Notes: generated from the letters alone by a model not told the origin. Shown: positions 38,501-52,900, numbered from the stretch's first letter. The stretch: DNA of 64,000 bases from Thiomicrorhabdus sp. (GCF_963677875.2 NZ_CAXXLT010000001.1:139838-203837); one strand, 5' to 3'. A program made the numbers and translations.

Positions 38501-39811
38501 TTACTGCAAACTCTCAAGACGAATTCGCGCGATTTCTCCGTCAATTTCTTCCAAGCCGGATAAATCCTTTAACGCACAATCCAGGCTGGCCTCTTTGACC
38601 TTGTTTGTCAGCATCACCAGTGTCGCGTCACGAGGCTGGGTTTTGCAAGGTTCCTGAACCACCTGCTCAATACTGATATTGTGCTTGGCCATGATCGATG
38701 TGATTTTCGCAAGCACTCCCGCGTGATCCAAAGCAAAACATCGAATATAGTAGCGGGCTTCAATCTCGGAAATCGAAACCACTGGAGCAGATTGCAAGGC
38801 TTCGCTGGCAAACGCCAAAGCCGGTACTCGTACGTCCTGAGGTTGTTCACGCCAACGAATAACATCGACAATGTCAGCAACCACAGCACTGGCTGTCGGC
38901 CCCGCTCCGGCTCCCGGGCCGTAATACATGGTCGGACCGACATGATCTCCTTTGACTAATACCGAATTCATCACCCCATGAACATTGGCAAGAAGAACCG
39001 AGTTCGGAATCAAGGTCGGATGGACTCGAAGGGAAAAACCGTTTTCGGTACGGCTGGCAATACCAAGATGTTTGATCTGATACCCCAGTTTTTCGGCAAA
39101 CTGGATATCTTCCGCCGTGACCTTACTGATCCCTTCGGTATAAACTTTATTAAACTGCAACTCGATCCCAAACGCGATCGAAGCCAAAATCGTCAATTTA
39201 TGCGCCGCATCGATGCCTTCCACATCAAAAGTCGGATCGGCTTCCGCGTACCCCAGATCCTGAGCAATTTTCAGAACTTCGGCAAAGTCGGCACCTGGCT
39301 TTTTCATCTCGGTCAAAATGTAGTTTCCGGTTCCGTTGATGATCCCGGCCAGCCACTCGATTTTATTGGCGGCCAGACCCTCGCGAACGGCTTTGATGAT
39401 CGGAATTCCTCCGGCTACCGCCGCTTCATAATTGACGATAACATTCTTTTCCGCTGCCAGTGCAAACAACTCATTACCGAATTCGGCTATCAGCGCTTTG
39501 TTGGCGGTTACGACATGTTTACCCTGCCGAATCGCTTCACTCAACAGATCACGCGCTAATCCGGTGCCGCCCATCAATTCAACAACAATTTCGATTTCCG
39601 GGTGGGTTACAACCTGCATCGGGTCGTCAGTCAACTCGATCCCGGTGGTGTCGACCGAACGCGGGCGATTTAAATCGCGCACAGCAATAGCGACCACTTC
39701 GATCTTTTGCCCCAAACGTCCTTCAATTTCAGGCAATGTTGTTTGCAAAATTTCGAGAGTGCCGCCTCCGACGGTTCCTAATCCCAACAAGCCGATTTTG
39801 ACTGATTTCAT
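38501..39811 (-). CDS. hom: homoserine dehydrogenase
   Basis: 436 aa. N-terminal GLLGLGTVGGG Rossmann motif, catalytic domain, and a C-terminal ACT domain. Confidence 0.94.
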   Translation of the reverse strand: MKSVKIGLLGLGTVGGGTLEILQTTLPEIEGRLGQKIEVVAIAVRDLNRPRSVDTTGIELTDDPMQVVTHPEIEIVVELMGGTGLARDLLSEAIRQGKHVVTANKALIAEFGNELFALAAEKNVIVNYEAAVAGGIPIIKAVREGLAANKIEWLAGIINGTGNYILTEMKKPGADFAEVLKIAQDLGYAEADPTFDVEGIDAAHKLTILASIAFGIELQFNKVYTEGISKVTAEDIQFAEKLGYQIKHLGIASRTENGFSLRVHPTLIPNSVLLANVHGVMNSVLVKGDHVGPTMYYGPGAGAGPTASAVVADIVDVIRWREQPQDVRVPALAFASEALQSAPVVSISEIEARYYIRCFALDHAGVLAKITSIMAKHNISIEQVVQEPCKTQPRDATLVMLTNKVKEASLDCALKDLSGLEEIDGEIARIRLESLQ

Positions 39812-39827
39812 TCTGTTCTTATCCTAG

Positions 39828-41024
39828 TTAATCTTGTTTAATCAATCCGTCCTTACGGAACATATCGCGAATGCCGCGAATCGCCTGGCGAGTGCGGTGT
39901 TCATTTTCAATCAAACCAAAACGCACATGGTCATCGCCATAATCTCCAAATCCGATTCCCGGAGCAACCGCAACCTTGGCTTCGGTCAGCAGTTTCTTGG
40001 AGAATTCTAAAGAGCCCATATGGCGATAGGCCTCTGGAATCGGCGCCCAGACAAACATGGTCGCTTTTGGTGGCTCGACTTCCCAGCCGATCGAATTCAG
40101 ACCGTTACACAAAACATCACGGCGCGATTTGTACATGTCGCAAATTTCCTGAACGCAATCCTGAGGCCCCTCAAGTGCCGTAATAGCCGCAACTTGAATC
40201 GGAGTGAAAGTACCGTAATCCAAGTAAGATTTCATACGCTTCAAAGCATGAACCAGCTCGGGATTTCCCACCATGAAGCCAACCCGCCAGCCTGGCATGT
40301 TGTAACTCTTGGAAAGTGTGTAAAACTCAACCGCAATCTCTTTGGCACCTTCCACCTGCATGATTGACGGCGCTTTATAGCCATCAAAGGCAAGATCGGC
40401 ATACGCCAGATCGTGAATGACCCAGATGCTGTGTTCTTTGGCAATTGCGATCACTTTTTCAAAAAATTCCAGATCAACCGTTTGCGTGGTCGGATTTCCC
40501 GGGAAATTGATAACCAGCATTTTAGGTTTTGGCCAAGATTCCTTGATTGCTTTTTCCAGCTCTTCGAAGAAATCAACATCCGGCGTCATACGCACGTGGC
40601 GGATATCGGCGCCGGCGATGACAAAACCGTAAGGGTGAATCGGGTAAGCTGGATTAGGAACCAGAACGGTGTCCCCTTTATCGACCGTCGCAAGCGCAAG
40701 GTGTGCAAGGCCTTCTTTGGAACCAATGGTCACAACCGCTTCGCTGTCCGGATTCAAATCGACGTCGAATTTGGTTTTATACCAGTTACAAATCGCTTTT
40801 CTTAAACGCGGAATACCTTGAGAAACGGAATAACGGTGCGTGCCTTCACGCTGAACCACTTCAATTAATTTGTCGACGATGTGTTTTGGCGTATCCTGGT
40901 CGGGGTTGCCCATCCCGAAATCGATGATGTCTTCACCTCTACGTCTCGCTTCCGCTTTAAGCTCTCCGGTGATGTTGAATACGTAAGGAGGGAGTCTTTT
41001 GATTCTCTGAAAATCGTCTGCCAC
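39828..41024 (-). CDS. alaC: PLP-dependent aminotransferase, AlaC type
   Basis: 398 aa. It is collinear with E. coli AlaC ([32 protein letters not shown] with the PLP lysine). Confidence 0.88.
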   Translation of the reverse strand: MADDFQRIKRLPPYVFNITGELKAEARRRGEDIIDFGMGNPDQDTPKHIVDKLIEVVQREGTHRYSVSQGIPRLRKAICNWYKTKFDVDLNPDSEAVVTIGSKEGLAHLALATVDKGDTVLVPNPAYPIHPYGFVIAGADIRHVRMTPDVDFFEELEKAIKESWPKPKMLVINFPGNPTTQTVDLEFFEKVIAIAKEHSIWVIHDLAYADLAFDGYKAPSIMQVEGAKEIAVEFYTLSKSYNMPGWRVGFMVGNPELVHALKRMKSYLDYGTFTPIQVAAITALEGPQDCVQEICDMYKSRRDVLCNGLNSIGWEVEPPKATMFVWAPIPEAYRHMGSLEFSKKLLTEAKVAVAPGIGFGDYGDDHVRFGLIENEHRTRQAIRGIRDMFRKDGLIKQD

Positions 41025-41273
41025 GAATGTTAGCCTTCTAAAAAGTGCTCTTATGGGTATAATTCTTTGGATTAGCTACCCGCCGAAACACAGAAAAACG
41101 AGGGAATAAAAATAAAGGAATAATGATACAGCATCCAGTTTTTTCGTCAATTGAAAATCGAACGAAAACCGCCTGAATCGTACCTTTGAAATACTGCTGT
41201 TCCTGACTTCTTCAGGGATGTATCCCCTGCCGTTCTTTTGCGGATTTCGTCAAAAAAAGGATAAAACTCAACC

Positions 41274-41645
41274 ATGAAATTCAGCGAGCACCGTGATTCG
41301 AATATCAACACAGTTAAACAATATTCTCCGGGGAGAGTCAAAGTCAACGACCGGGTTCTGGAACGAAGCTGTTTTATTACACAGACGGAAATCGAGGCCG
41401 ATTGGGCTTGCCCGACGATCGATGCTCTGGACGAAGCGACACTGAATGTTCTGTTACAACAGAACCCGGAAGTGATCATCCTTGGAACCGGAGACACTCA
41501 AATTTTCCCCGAGCCGAAACTATTTGCCTACTGCACGCGCAAGGGCATCGGACTGGAGGTAATGGCAAACGACGCCGCCTGCCGGACTTATAACGTCATC
41601 ACCACCGAAGATCGAGAAATTCTACTGGCATTAATCCTTGGCTGA
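41274..41645 (+). CDS. Mth938-like (DUF498) domain protein
   Basis: 123 aa. PEVIILGTGDTQIFP and GIGLEVMANDAACRTYN segments typical of the family. Confidence 0.8.
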   Translation: MKFSEHRDSNINTVKQYSPGRVKVNDRVLERSCFITQTEIEADWACPTIDALDEATLNVLLQQNPEVIILGTGDTQIFPEPKLFAYCTRKGIGLEVMANDAACRTYNVITTEDREILLALILG

Positions 41646-41659
41646 GAAAATGAGAAAGC

Positions 41660-42460
41660 TTAAGGTCGATTACGCAGAACCCTGCTGATATCGACCTTTT
41701 TCCCCCTCAAGCGGGCCTCCAGATACAATTTCGCCGTTTTAGTATTCCCCGTCGCCCCGCTCAAAGCGATTTTTTGACCGCGCTTGACCCTTGACCCTTC
41801 CTGAACCAGAAGACTGCTGTTATGTGCATAGGTCGACAGATAACCATCATCGTGCTTGATCATCAGCATTTGACCGTAATCGACAATTCCATTTCCGGAA
41901 TAAACGACTTCACCCGGCGCCACGGCCAGAACAGCGGTTCCGGGCTTGGCATAAATCTCCAGTGACTTGACTCCGCGCGCATCGCGAATGAATTTATACT
42001 GCAATTTCTGAGCCACCGGCCAACGCCAGGCAACCGGCGTTTTCTGACTGTTGTCACCCAGCTCACTTGACTGCAAACTGGATTTCCTGGCCGAAGCGAC
42101 CTGAATACCTTTGGACGTTGAGGATTCGGAATCCCCTGAATCACTCTCTTCGGAAAACGGCAAAATCAGATTCTGCTTCGGATAAATCGTATAGGGTGGC
42201 GGTAAATCATTCAGATCGGCGATCGCCAGCATATCCACTTCACATTTCTGGGCAATCAAACTCAGGCTGTCGCCTTTGCGAACTTCATAAGGTGAAGCAC
42301 ACTTTCCCGAATTCGCCGAACTTGCAGAGCCGGAAGTCGGGGTATATTTCAGCGGGGACGAACAAGCAGCCAGTGTCACTGCAACAACGGAGAAAGTCAG
42401 TGTTTTCAATCCGCTAATAAAAGTTCTTCCAGTATGCGATTCGGATTTTGACGTCTGCAT
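41660..42460 (-). CDS. nlpD: LysM + degenerate M23 (LytM) lipoprotein NlpD
   Basis: Start at ATG 42460, overlapping the upstream stop (TAATG). Lipobox LAACSS, LysM (YEVRKGDSLSLIAQK), and a C-terminal M23 fold whose HxH metal motif is replaced (KLYLEAR). Confidence 0.85.
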   Translation of the reverse strand: MQTSKSESHTGRTFISGLKTLTFSVVAVTLAACSSPLKYTPTSGSASSANSGKCASPYEVRKGDSLSLIAQKCEVDMLAIADLNDLPPPYTIYPKQNLILPFSEESDSGDSESSTSKGIQVASARKSSLQSSELGDNSQKTPVAWRWPVAQKLQYKFIRDARGVKSLEIYAKPGTAVLAVAPGEVVYSGNGIVDYGQMLMIKHDDGYLSTYAHNSSLLVQEGSRVKRGQKIALSGATGNTKTAKLYLEARLRGKKVDISRVLRNRP

Positions 42461-43041
42461 TAAACCATCCACTTGTATACAAAATAAAGTAACAATAATC
42501 CTACTAATCCCCAACCAATAGCGTCAACCCACTTTCTCAGGGAATCTTCAAAACGCTTTCCACCCCAGCGCATTGCGGCGGCAACCAAAAAAAAGCGTGC
42601 GCCGCGCCCGACAAACGAGGCGATAATAAACGGAAACAACGCCATCGCGCTGGCACCGGCAGTAATCGTAAACACCTTATAGGGAACCGGACTGAAACCG
42701 GCTATAAACACCACCCAGACACCGTACTCATCAAAAAACGCCTGCGCCTGATCCAGTTTAGCACCATAGCCAGCAGACGTCAGGACCGGCAACAGCGCAT
42801 CCATTAACCAGTAGCCTAAAGCATAGCCCAGCAATCCCCCCAACAAGGAAAAAACGGTAGTAATCCAGGCATAAAAAAAGGCCTTCTCAGGCCGGGCCAG
42901 GCTCATCGGCATCAGCATGACGTCCGGCGGTATCGGAAAAAAAGACGATTCGGCAAAACTCATTCCACCGAGATACCATTGTGCCCTTGGATGTTTGGAC
43001 CAGGCCAGAACCCGGTCGTAAAGCGCCGAAAACAGTTTCAA
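42460..43041 (-). CDS. YqaA/DedA-type (VTT domain) membrane protein
   Basis: 193 aa. FAESSFFPIPPDVMLMPM motif and 4-5 TM helices. Confidence 0.8.
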   Translation of the reverse strand: MKLFSALYDRVLAWSKHPRAQWYLGGMSFAESSFFPIPPDVMLMPMSLARPEKAFFYAWITTVFSLLGGLLGYALGYWLMDALLPVLTSAGYGAKLDQAQAFFDEYGVWVVFIAGFSPVPYKVFTITAGASAMALFPFIIASFVGRGARFFLVAAAMRWGGKRFEDSLRKWVDAIGWGLVGLLLLYFVYKWMV

Positions 43042-43715
43042 ACCTCTACCCCTTGTTTCATTGGGACGAATAGAACATCCGCCAACTTTGTTTTTCTGAC
43101 TCCCGAAAGGGTCTTTTCGTAACCGTACAAGCCTTGTCGCTCGTTACCGATCGGCAGGATCAGGCGTCCGCCGACCTTAAGCTGCTCAAGTAATTCCGGC
43201 GGCAATTCATCCGGCGACGCCGCCGAAATAATTGCGTCGAACGGCGCCCGCTCGGCCCAACCCCAATGACCGTCGCTGATGGCGTATTCAATGTTATCCA
43301 GCTGCAGGCTGGATAACGTCTGCCGGGCTTTTTCGGATAAAGGCATGATTCTCTCGACCGTATAAACATGATCAACGAGAAGCGCCAAAATCGCCGTTTG
43401 ATAACCAGAGCCGGTGCCGATTTCCAGAACGCGACTGACAGAGCCCGCTTCAAGAAGCCATTGAGTCATTTTCGCCACGACCCAAGGTTGGGAAATTGTC
43501 TGCCCGTAGCCGATCGGCAGAGCGGTATTCTCATACGAGCGCGAAGCCAGCGCTTCGTCAAGAAACAGATGCCGCGGTACCTGTCGTAAAGCCTCTATGA
43601 CTTGAGGATGCTCGATTCCCTGCTCAATCAAAGCATTCACCATCCGATTACGCGTTCTCTGGGAAGTCATTCCCACACCCTGATATTTGGCAAAAGCGGC
43701 ATTCGGATATTGCAT
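43038..43715 (-). CDS. pcm: protein-L-isoaspartate O-methyltransferase
   Basis: 225 aa. PIGYGQTISQP and the SAM motif VLEIGTGSGYQTA. Confidence 0.93.
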   Translation of the reverse strand: MQYPNAAFAKYQGVGMTSQRTRNRMVNALIEQGIEHPQVIEALRQVPRHLFLDEALASRSYENTALPIGYGQTISQPWVVAKMTQWLLEAGSVSRVLEIGTGSGYQTAILALLVDHVYTVERIMPLSEKARQTLSSLQLDNIEYAISDGHWGWAERAPFDAIISAASPDELPPELLEQLKVGGRLILPIGNERQGLYGYEKTLSGVRKTKLADVLFVPMKQGVEV

Positions 43716-43726
43716 AACGGCTTATC

Positions 43727-44482
43727 TCATTGGCTGTCGGCCCATTTCCGCATCTGCGCCAGCATATCGTAATGGGTCAAATCGATTTTCATCGGCGTAA
43801 TCGAAGCGTAACCTTTTTCAACAGCTTCGAAATCCGTCCCTTCGCCGCTGTCTGCCGCTTCACCCGCCGGCCCTATCCAATAGATCGGCAAGCCTCGCGG
43901 ATCGGTTTGCCTGACGACTGGTTCCGAAGCATGGCGTCTTCCAAGGCGAGTCACCTTGACGCCCTTCAACTCGGCTAAGGGAATGTCGGGAACATTGATA
44001 TTGATAATCGTGTCCTGAGTCAAGGCCAGATCCGGAAGTACCTGCAAAAAATCCAGAACCACCTTGGCAGCCGTCGCAAAATGCACGTTACCACACAGCG
44101 ATACCGCAATCGAGGGTTTACCGAGAAAGCGTCCTTCCGTTGCCGCTGCAACCGTACCGGAATAGAGAACATCGTCGCCCATATTGGCTCCGGCATTAAT
44201 TCCGGAAATAACGATGTCCGGACGATAATCCAATCCGCCGTTAACCCCTAAATGCACGCAGTCAGTTGGCGTACCATTCAGGCTGTAAATCCGTTTTTCC
44301 GCGTCACGGCACTCGATTCGCAAGGGTTCCGAAAGCGTAAGGGAATTACTGGCGGCACTCCGATTGCGATCCGGAGCCATGACGACCAGTTCCCGGTAGG
44401 AAAATTCAGCTTGCAGCGTTGCAAAAAGAATTTGAATGCCCGGCGCCAAATAGCCGTCATCATTGGAGAGAAGGATTTTCAT
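43727..44482 (-). CDS. surE: 5'/3'-nucleotidase SurE
   Basis: 251 aa. [11 protein letters not shown]-terminus and [21 protein letters not shown]. Confidence 0.94.
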   Translation of the reverse strand: MKILLSNDDGYLAPGIQILFATLQAEFSYRELVVMAPDRNRSAASNSLTLSEPLRIECRDAEKRIYSLNGTPTDCVHLGVNGGLDYRPDIVISGINAGANMGDDVLYSGTVAAATEGRFLGKPSIAVSLCGNVHFATAAKVVLDFLQVLPDLALTQDTIININVPDIPLAELKGVKVTRLGRRHASEPVVRQTDPRGLPIYWIGPAGEAADSGEGTDFEAVEKGYASITPMKIDLTHYDMLAQMRKWADSQ

Positions 44483-44568
44483 GGGGTAAACTATCTCATT
44501 ATTCCCGTAGTCAACCGATTGATTACGGGCCCGGTAAACAATCTTTTCAGAATTATATAGTGTTCATT

Positions 44569-45126
44569 ATGACAGATGAAGATAAATCCTTGTTTCTCGC
44601 AGAAATGCGCGACGTACGACCTTTAAAGAGTACGGATCGAATCCGAACCGATGATCCGTCGATACGCAAAAAACGTCAGGGACAAGAACTGCGGCGACTA
44701 CGCCGCAAACAGCAAAACGGCCATCAAGAACGGCTGAATTATCAGCTTGTGGATCGCGATGAATTTGTGGAACCGGTCAGCGCGCATCAATCCTTGATGT
44801 TTGCGCAAAAAGGCGTTCGTCTCCAAGACATCACTGCATTGAAAAAAGGCGAGTTTGCCCTTCAGGCTGAACTCGATCTGCACGGAGAAACACTGGAAAA
44901 TGCCGAAGTCAGGTTATTAGAGTTTATAAAAGCGTGTCTCATCGAAAAATTACGCTATGTCCGCATCATTCACGGCAAAGGGTATCATTCCGACCAGCAA
45001 CAGCCTTTATTAAAGAACATGGTCAATCGCCGCCTGCGATTATCCCCCTGGATACTTGCCTTCAGCAGTGCGCCGCAAAAAGACGGCGGTGCCGGCGCCG
45101 TCAACGCTCTGTTGAAAAAACAATAA
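44569..45126 (+). CDS. Smr domain protein
   Basis: 185 aa from ATG 44569. C-terminal Smr domain (LDLHGETLENA...IIHGKG). Confidence 0.8.
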   Translation: MTDEDKSLFLAEMRDVRPLKSTDRIRTDDPSIRKKRQGQELRRLRRKQQNGHQERLNYQLVDRDEFVEPVSAHQSLMFAQKGVRLQDITALKKGEFALQAELDLHGETLENAEVRLLEFIKACLIEKLRYVRIIHGKGYHSDQQQPLLKNMVNRRLRLSPWILAFSSAPQKDGGAGAVNALLKKQ

Positions 45127-45132
45127 CACCGC

Positions 45133-45468
45133 CTACCGAACTTCGGTACCGGCTTGCTCCAAAGATTCGCTTTGTTCCGGGGGTAATTCCCCCGCCTGCA
45201 ATTCAATGACCTGCACAAATACCTCGTCTCTCTTCACCATGCCAAGAGTTTGTCTGGCAATGGTTTCGATCGCCTGATCATTGTTTTGCAAAGCTTCAAC
45301 CTCAGCCTTTAAACGCGCATTAACCAATCGTTGTTCTTCAAGAGAGGCTTCCAGCTTATTTAGCTGCTCGTTTAACGAAACAAGCTCGCCGACCCCTCCA
45401 TTGGAAGAGAGCAAACGAGCTTCGATCAAAAACAGAATCAGGGCCAAGGCGATAAAAAGCGTTTTCAC
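45133..45468 (-). CDS. ftsB: cell division protein FtsB
   Basis: 111 aa. N-terminal TM helix plus coiled coil (LNARLKAEVEALQNNDQAIETIARQTLGMV). It sits upstream of eno... downstream order as in other gammaproteobacteria. Confidence 0.85.
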   Translation of the reverse strand: MKTLFIALALILFLIEARLLSSNGGVGELVSLNEQLNKLEASLEEQRLVNARLKAEVEALQNNDQAIETIARQTLGMVKRDEVFVQVIELQAGELPPEQSESLEQAGTEVR

Positions 45469-45486
45469 ACCAACCCCTGAAAAAGC

Positions 45487-46809
<1,323 letters not shown>

Positions 46810-46846
46810 CTAAAGACCGCTTATGACATCGGGATGACAAAAGCCT

Positions 46847-47689
46847 TCAGACACCCAGCAATTCGTTTTCAATAAAACCTTGAGATTTCACTGCGCTGTC
46901 AATGGCTTTCAGAGTTTCCAGCAAAGGCTTCAGATTACCCAGCGGCCACATATTCGGCCCGTCACTCAAAGCATTTTGCGGATCAGGGTGCGTTTCCATG
47001 AACAGACCGGAAATACCGGCTGCCACTGCAGCACGAGCCAGAACAGGAACCATTTCTCTTTGTCCACCGGAAGTGCTTCCCTGGCCGCCCGGTTGTTGAA
47101 CCGAATGTGTCGCATCGAACACCACGGGACAACCGGTTTTTCTCATTGAAGCCAGTCCGCGCATATCGGAAATCAAGGTGTTGTAACCGAACGAAGTTCC
47201 ACGATCGCATACCATGATGTTTTCGTTACCGACTTCGTGAGCCTTCGCCACCACCTGATCCATATCCCAAGGAGCCTGGAACTGTCCTTTCTTGATATTG
47301 ACCGGAATTCCCTGACGACAGACATTTTGAATAAAGTTGGTTTGACGAACCAAAAAAGCCGGTGTTTGCATTACATCAACAACCGAAGCGACTTCATCCA
47401 GCGGTGTGTCTTCATGCACATCGGTCAGAACAGGCACGCCGATTTCATCTTTGACCTTTTGCAGAATTCGCAGCCCCTCTTCCAACCCCAAACCGCGGAA
47501 ACTTTTGGTTGAAGAGCGGTTGGCTTTATCAAAAGAGGATTTATAAATGAACGGAATATTCAGCTCATCAGTTAAGGCTTTGAGCTGCGAGGCGGTTTCC
47601 AAAGCCAGCGCTTCCGACTCAATAACGCACGGCCCGGCAATCAGGAAAAACGGCTGATCGATACCGACATCAAAGTGACATAATTTCAT
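46847..47689 (-). CDS. kdsA: 3-deoxy-8-phosphooctulonate synthase
   Basis: 280 aa. [21 protein letters not shown] and DATHSVQ motifs. Confidence 0.96.
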   Translation of the reverse strand: MKLCHFDVGIDQPFFLIAGPCVIESEALALETASQLKALTDELNIPFIYKSSFDKANRSSTKSFRGLGLEEGLRILQKVKDEIGVPVLTDVHEDTPLDEVASVVDVMQTPAFLVRQTNFIQNVCRQGIPVNIKKGQFQAPWDMDQVVAKAHEVGNENIMVCDRGTSFGYNTLISDMRGLASMRKTGCPVVFDATHSVQQPGGQGSTSGGQREMVPVLARAAVAAGISGLFMETHPDPQNALSDGPNMWPLGNLKPLLETLKAIDSAVKSQGFIENELLGV

Positions 47690-47697
47690 ATTCTAAA

Positions 47698-49323
<1,626 letters not shown>

Positions 49324-49420
49324 CTATTCACACTTTTTAATGTTGGGAGATCGAAAGATTCGAGATATCAGAATGGAAGCGCATTATAGCTGATTTACCC
49401 TTTTCCATCAATCAAATTTA

Positions 49421-50899
49421 TCATTCAGTCCCGCTCTGAAAATGCGGCAAGACCCCGGCTTTCCTCTTATGGCTTCCTGTCTTGATCAACCCCATCCAGC
49501 GCCAGTAATCGTCTTGAGTCACCGGTCCGATTTTACTCACCGAAAATTGCCCGGAAAGCGGCGCGGCCGAATCATTCTTGCGCACACACTCCTGACAACC
49601 GAGAACAACAACCGGCATCCCGTTCAAACTGAGAACCGGCCAGTAATCTCGCTCCCACACAGGGATAGATTCACTTTGAAATAAATTCTTTAATCGATTG
49701 TTTTTAAATAATTTTTTATCAAAACTTCCAAGGGGTTCTATTTTGGCATGGGCAAGCAACCCGTTCTTATCCACGTCTGCATTCAAATTAAAATACCAGT
49801 GCTTTTGCTTACAACTCGAAGCAGACAATGCTGCACCATCGTCGCAATGATGATTTTCCGTCTGATGGAAAAAAGCACCAAAAGAGACGGAATAAGCCTT
49901 AGGTGACAAACTCAGGCAATACAGACGCTGGTGATAAAACGCCAATTTGGCCTGCGGTAACTGATATTCCGACTTTGCCGTCGACAAACTGGCGCAACGC
50001 GCCTCTTCGAGCCATCGGTAATGACGATCCGCCAAGGTAATGGAGTGAACGGATTTTAACCAGAACTGAAGAATGTTTTTTAGTTCGATCCAGTCGGTAT
50101 TTGCGTAATCCGTAAAATCAAAATAGAGAAAGTGATGTCCTTTGTCAAGCAGACTGCGTTCCGCCATTCTCTGAAGCAGCTGATCGGCTTCATCAAGATG
50201 AGAACAGGCTTTTTCAACCTGCCTGAAAGCATGGCTGTTGAAATCGGCAAGCTGAGGCAACAATCGGTGTCGCACCCGATTCCGCTCAAATGATAAAGAT
50301 TGATTACTCGGATCTTCAACCCAATTCAAACAATAATGCGCTGCATAAGCCTGCAGAGAGGGATACGGTGTTTTAAGAAGCGGGCGCAATAAACGCATTG
50401 TCACCTGTTCCGCCACAGGCAATTCCACCTGCTCGCGCATTGCAGCCAAACCTTTTACTCCGGCTCCTCTCAGCAATTTCAGAAAAAACGTTTCAACCTG
50501 ATCACGCTGATGATGTGCGGTCAACAGAATGTCTTTCGGTTGTTGCAATAATTCAAAGATCGCCTGATAACGGAGTTCCCGCGCCCGAGCCTCGAGCCCA
50601 ACTCTGCGCCAGGAGCCGAGTCGAATCGAAGCGACTCGACACTCGACAGCGTACTCTTGACATTGCTTCAGGCAATGGGCACGCCATTCATCAGCAGTTT
50701 CAGCAAGACCATGATGGATATGCACTGCATAGAAACGATCGTGGGTAACAGAAGATGAATGCAAAAGGTGTAATAGGACGCTGGAATCCAGACCTCCGCT
50801 ATAGGCAAGAGCAAAACGGGTATCAGCAGGCAGCCGTTTGATAAAATCGGAAAACGACTGCTCAAGGGAAAGAACTTCGGCAGGCTTCAATTCGTCCAC
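49421..50899 (-). CDS. tilS: tRNA(Ile)-lysidine synthetase
   Basis: 492 aa. PP-loop AYSGGLDSS; positioned upstream of accA... typical accA-tilS pairing. Confidence 0.88.
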   Translation of the reverse strand: MDELKPAEVLSLEQSFSDFIKRLPADTRFALAYSGGLDSSVLLHLLHSSSVTHDRFYAVHIHHGLAETADEWRAHCLKQCQEYAVECRVASIRLGSWRRVGLEARARELRYQAIFELLQQPKDILLTAHHQRDQVETFFLKLLRGAGVKGLAAMREQVELPVAEQVTMRLLRPLLKTPYPSLQAYAAHYCLNWVEDPSNQSLSFERNRVRHRLLPQLADFNSHAFRQVEKACSHLDEADQLLQRMAERSLLDKGHHFLYFDFTDYANTDWIELKNILQFWLKSVHSITLADRHYRWLEEARCASLSTAKSEYQLPQAKLAFYHQRLYCLSLSPKAYSVSFGAFFHQTENHHCDDGAALSASSCKQKHWYFNLNADVDKNGLLAHAKIEPLGSFDKKLFKNNRLKNLFQSESIPVWERDYWPVLSLNGMPVVVLGCQECVRKNDSAAPLSGQFSVSKIGPVTQDDYWRWMGLIKTGSHKRKAGVLPHFQSGTE

Positions 50900-50925
50900 G
50901 AGAGAAAGCCTGTATTCAAGAGGAA

Positions 50926-51882
50926 TTACTGGATTTCAAAGTTTCCGTAATCCATATAACGCTGGTATCGATTGCCGACCAATTCTTCGATCGGAGCTTG
51001 CTTCAGGTTATTCAATTGCGCAATCAAAGCGTTTTTAACGTTTTTAGCCGTTTGTTCGGGATTTCTATGGGCTCCACCCAATGGCTCGTCAATAATTTCA
51101 TCAACCAGACCAAGAGATTTTAAGCGAGTGGCGGTAATACCAAGCGCTTCCGCTGCATCCGCTGCATTCGCTGCATTTTTCCATAAAATAGAAGCGCAAC
51201 CTTCCGGGGAAATCACCGAGTAAGTGCTGTATTGCAGCATCATAGTAACGTCGCCGACACCGATGGCCAAAGCCCCTCCCGAACCGCCTTCACCGATAAC
51301 TGTACAGATAATCGGCACTTTCAATTCGGCCATTTCAATCAAGTTACGGGCAATCGCCTCACTTTGTCCGCGTTCTTCCGCATTGATCCCCGGGTAGGCT
51401 CCCGGAGTATCAATAAAGGTCACAATCGGCAAGCCGAAACGTTCCGCCATTTTCATCAGGCGCAAGGCTTTACGGTAGCCTTCCGGTCTCGGCATCCCAA
51501 AATTACGGCGAATCTTCTCTTTGGTATCACGCCCTTTTTCCTGAGAGATTACCATGACTGGCTGCCCTTCAAGACGCGCAAGTCCGGCAACAATAGCTTC
51601 ATCGTCGGCAAAAGCGCGATCCCCGTGCAACTCCTTAAAGTCGGTAAAAATCTGTGCGATATAATCCAATGCATAAGGACGCTGGGGATGACGGGAGACC
51701 CTGGCGATCTGAACATCACTCAATTGACTGAAAATGGTTTTGGTTAGATTTCTACTCTTTTCTTCAAGTGCCGAAATTTCCTGCAACAGATTCATATCTT
51801 CGCCATCCAGATGGCGAAGCTCTTCAATTTTGGCTTCCAACTCCGCAATCGGCTGTTCAAAATCTAAAAAATCCAATTTCAT
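50926..51882 (-). CDS. accA: acetyl-CoA carboxylase carboxyltransferase alpha subunit
   Basis: 318 aa. [10 protein letters not shown] and [10 protein letters not shown] motifs. Confidence 0.97.
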   Translation of the reverse strand: MKLDFLDFEQPIAELEAKIEELRHLDGEDMNLLQEISALEEKSRNLTKTIFSQLSDVQIARVSRHPQRPYALDYIAQIFTDFKELHGDRAFADDEAIVAGLARLEGQPVMVISQEKGRDTKEKIRRNFGMPRPEGYRKALRLMKMAERFGLPIVTFIDTPGAYPGINAEERGQSEAIARNLIEMAELKVPIICTVIGEGGSGGALAIGVGDVTMMLQYSTYSVISPEGCASILWKNAANAADAAEALGITATRLKSLGLVDEIIDEPLGGAHRNPEQTAKNVKNALIAQLNNLKQAPIEELVGNRYQRYMDYGNFEIQ

Positions 51883-52122
51883 TCCGTCTTTCCGTTATTC
51901 TATAGATAGTATTAAAAGTATCGGCTATTCTAGCATTCTTTGCCCGGGTTTGCGGTGAAATTCATCCTTTCCCCGGCTTCTCAAACGAATCCCGACACCC
52001 GAACGGGATTACCGCAAAATCCAGCATTCCTTTAAGAGTCTTGACTTGAGATTTAAGGATGACGGCGTACAATGCGCAGCGAAGATTAAAGCCCAATTTT
52101 TACCAAAAAGAGATATCACAAA

Positions 52123-52863
52123 ATGCAATCAAATTTAACCAAGCTTTTCCTCCTGACCGGCATGACGGCACTTTCTTTTTCCGTATCTGCCGTTGAAACG
52201 GATCTTGATTACGGTTTGAGCGGCTCTGGTGAACTCGGCTTCACCAATAACAGCGGTAACACCGAAAGTACGGTTTTATATGCCGGTTTAAAAGGCAAGT
52301 ACGTTCAGCCCGTTTATGAAATTCGCTCACTTCTGGAAGCGCATTATCAAAGCGAAGACAGCGTACAAACACAGGAACGCTACCTTCTGGATGTTCAGGG
52401 GAATCGCTTCTATTCACGTGACCGCGGTTATTACAGTTACATTGGAGCGCGTTTCGAGAAAAGCCGTTTTGAATTTATTGACCTTGACGCCGTCTACTCT
52501 TTGGGTCTGGGTAAAGACCTTTTCCGCACCGAACAAACCAAAGCAACGGGGGAAGTCGGTATCGGTTATCAAGTGACCGATTACAGCCGCTCGACTACTC
52601 AGAGAGATACGGACCAACTGATCGGCCGGCTGAAAATCGACCTGGACCATCAATTCAATGAAATTTCCGCCTTCCATCAGGACATTACACTGATCACGGG
52701 TTATGATCAATCGAAGGTCGAAAGCAACACCGGCCTGAAGTTCAAACTGGCCGATCAGCTTAAGCTGTCAGCCAGTTACAAATACCGTTATAACAGCAAG
52801 CCGGCATCCGGCAGTAAGGATGTCGACACTCAAACCATCCTGACCTTGATTTACGATTTCTAA
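52123..52863 (+). CDS. DUF481 (YdiY-like) outer-membrane beta-barrel protein
   Basis: 246 aa. Signal peptide, GNT-rich first strands (GFTNNSGNTES), alternating strand pattern, and a C-terminal LIYDF. Confidence 0.75.
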   Translation: MQSNLTKLFLLTGMTALSFSVSAVETDLDYGLSGSGELGFTNNSGNTESTVLYAGLKGKYVQPVYEIRSLLEAHYQSEDSVQTQERYLLDVQGNRFYSRDRGYYSYIGARFEKSRFEFIDLDAVYSLGLGKDLFRTEQTKATGEVGIGYQVTDYSRSTTQRDTDQLIGRLKIDLDHQFNEISAFHQDITLITGYDQSKVESNTGLKFKLADQLKLSASYKYRYNSKPASGSKDVDTQTILTLIYDF

Positions 52864-52900
52864 GCCCGATATCAAATCAAAGATCCAATACTGATGCATG

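Noticed and set aside
51949-52018. Nested inverted repeats (TTTGCGGT...ACCGCAAA enclosing AATCCCG...CGGGATT) between accA and the DUF481 gene; considered as a structured leader or sRNA.
   Set aside because: The structure is asymmetric with a 31-nt unpaired bulge, has no adjacent promoter or terminator signals, and resembles no known RNA family. The support is insufficient.
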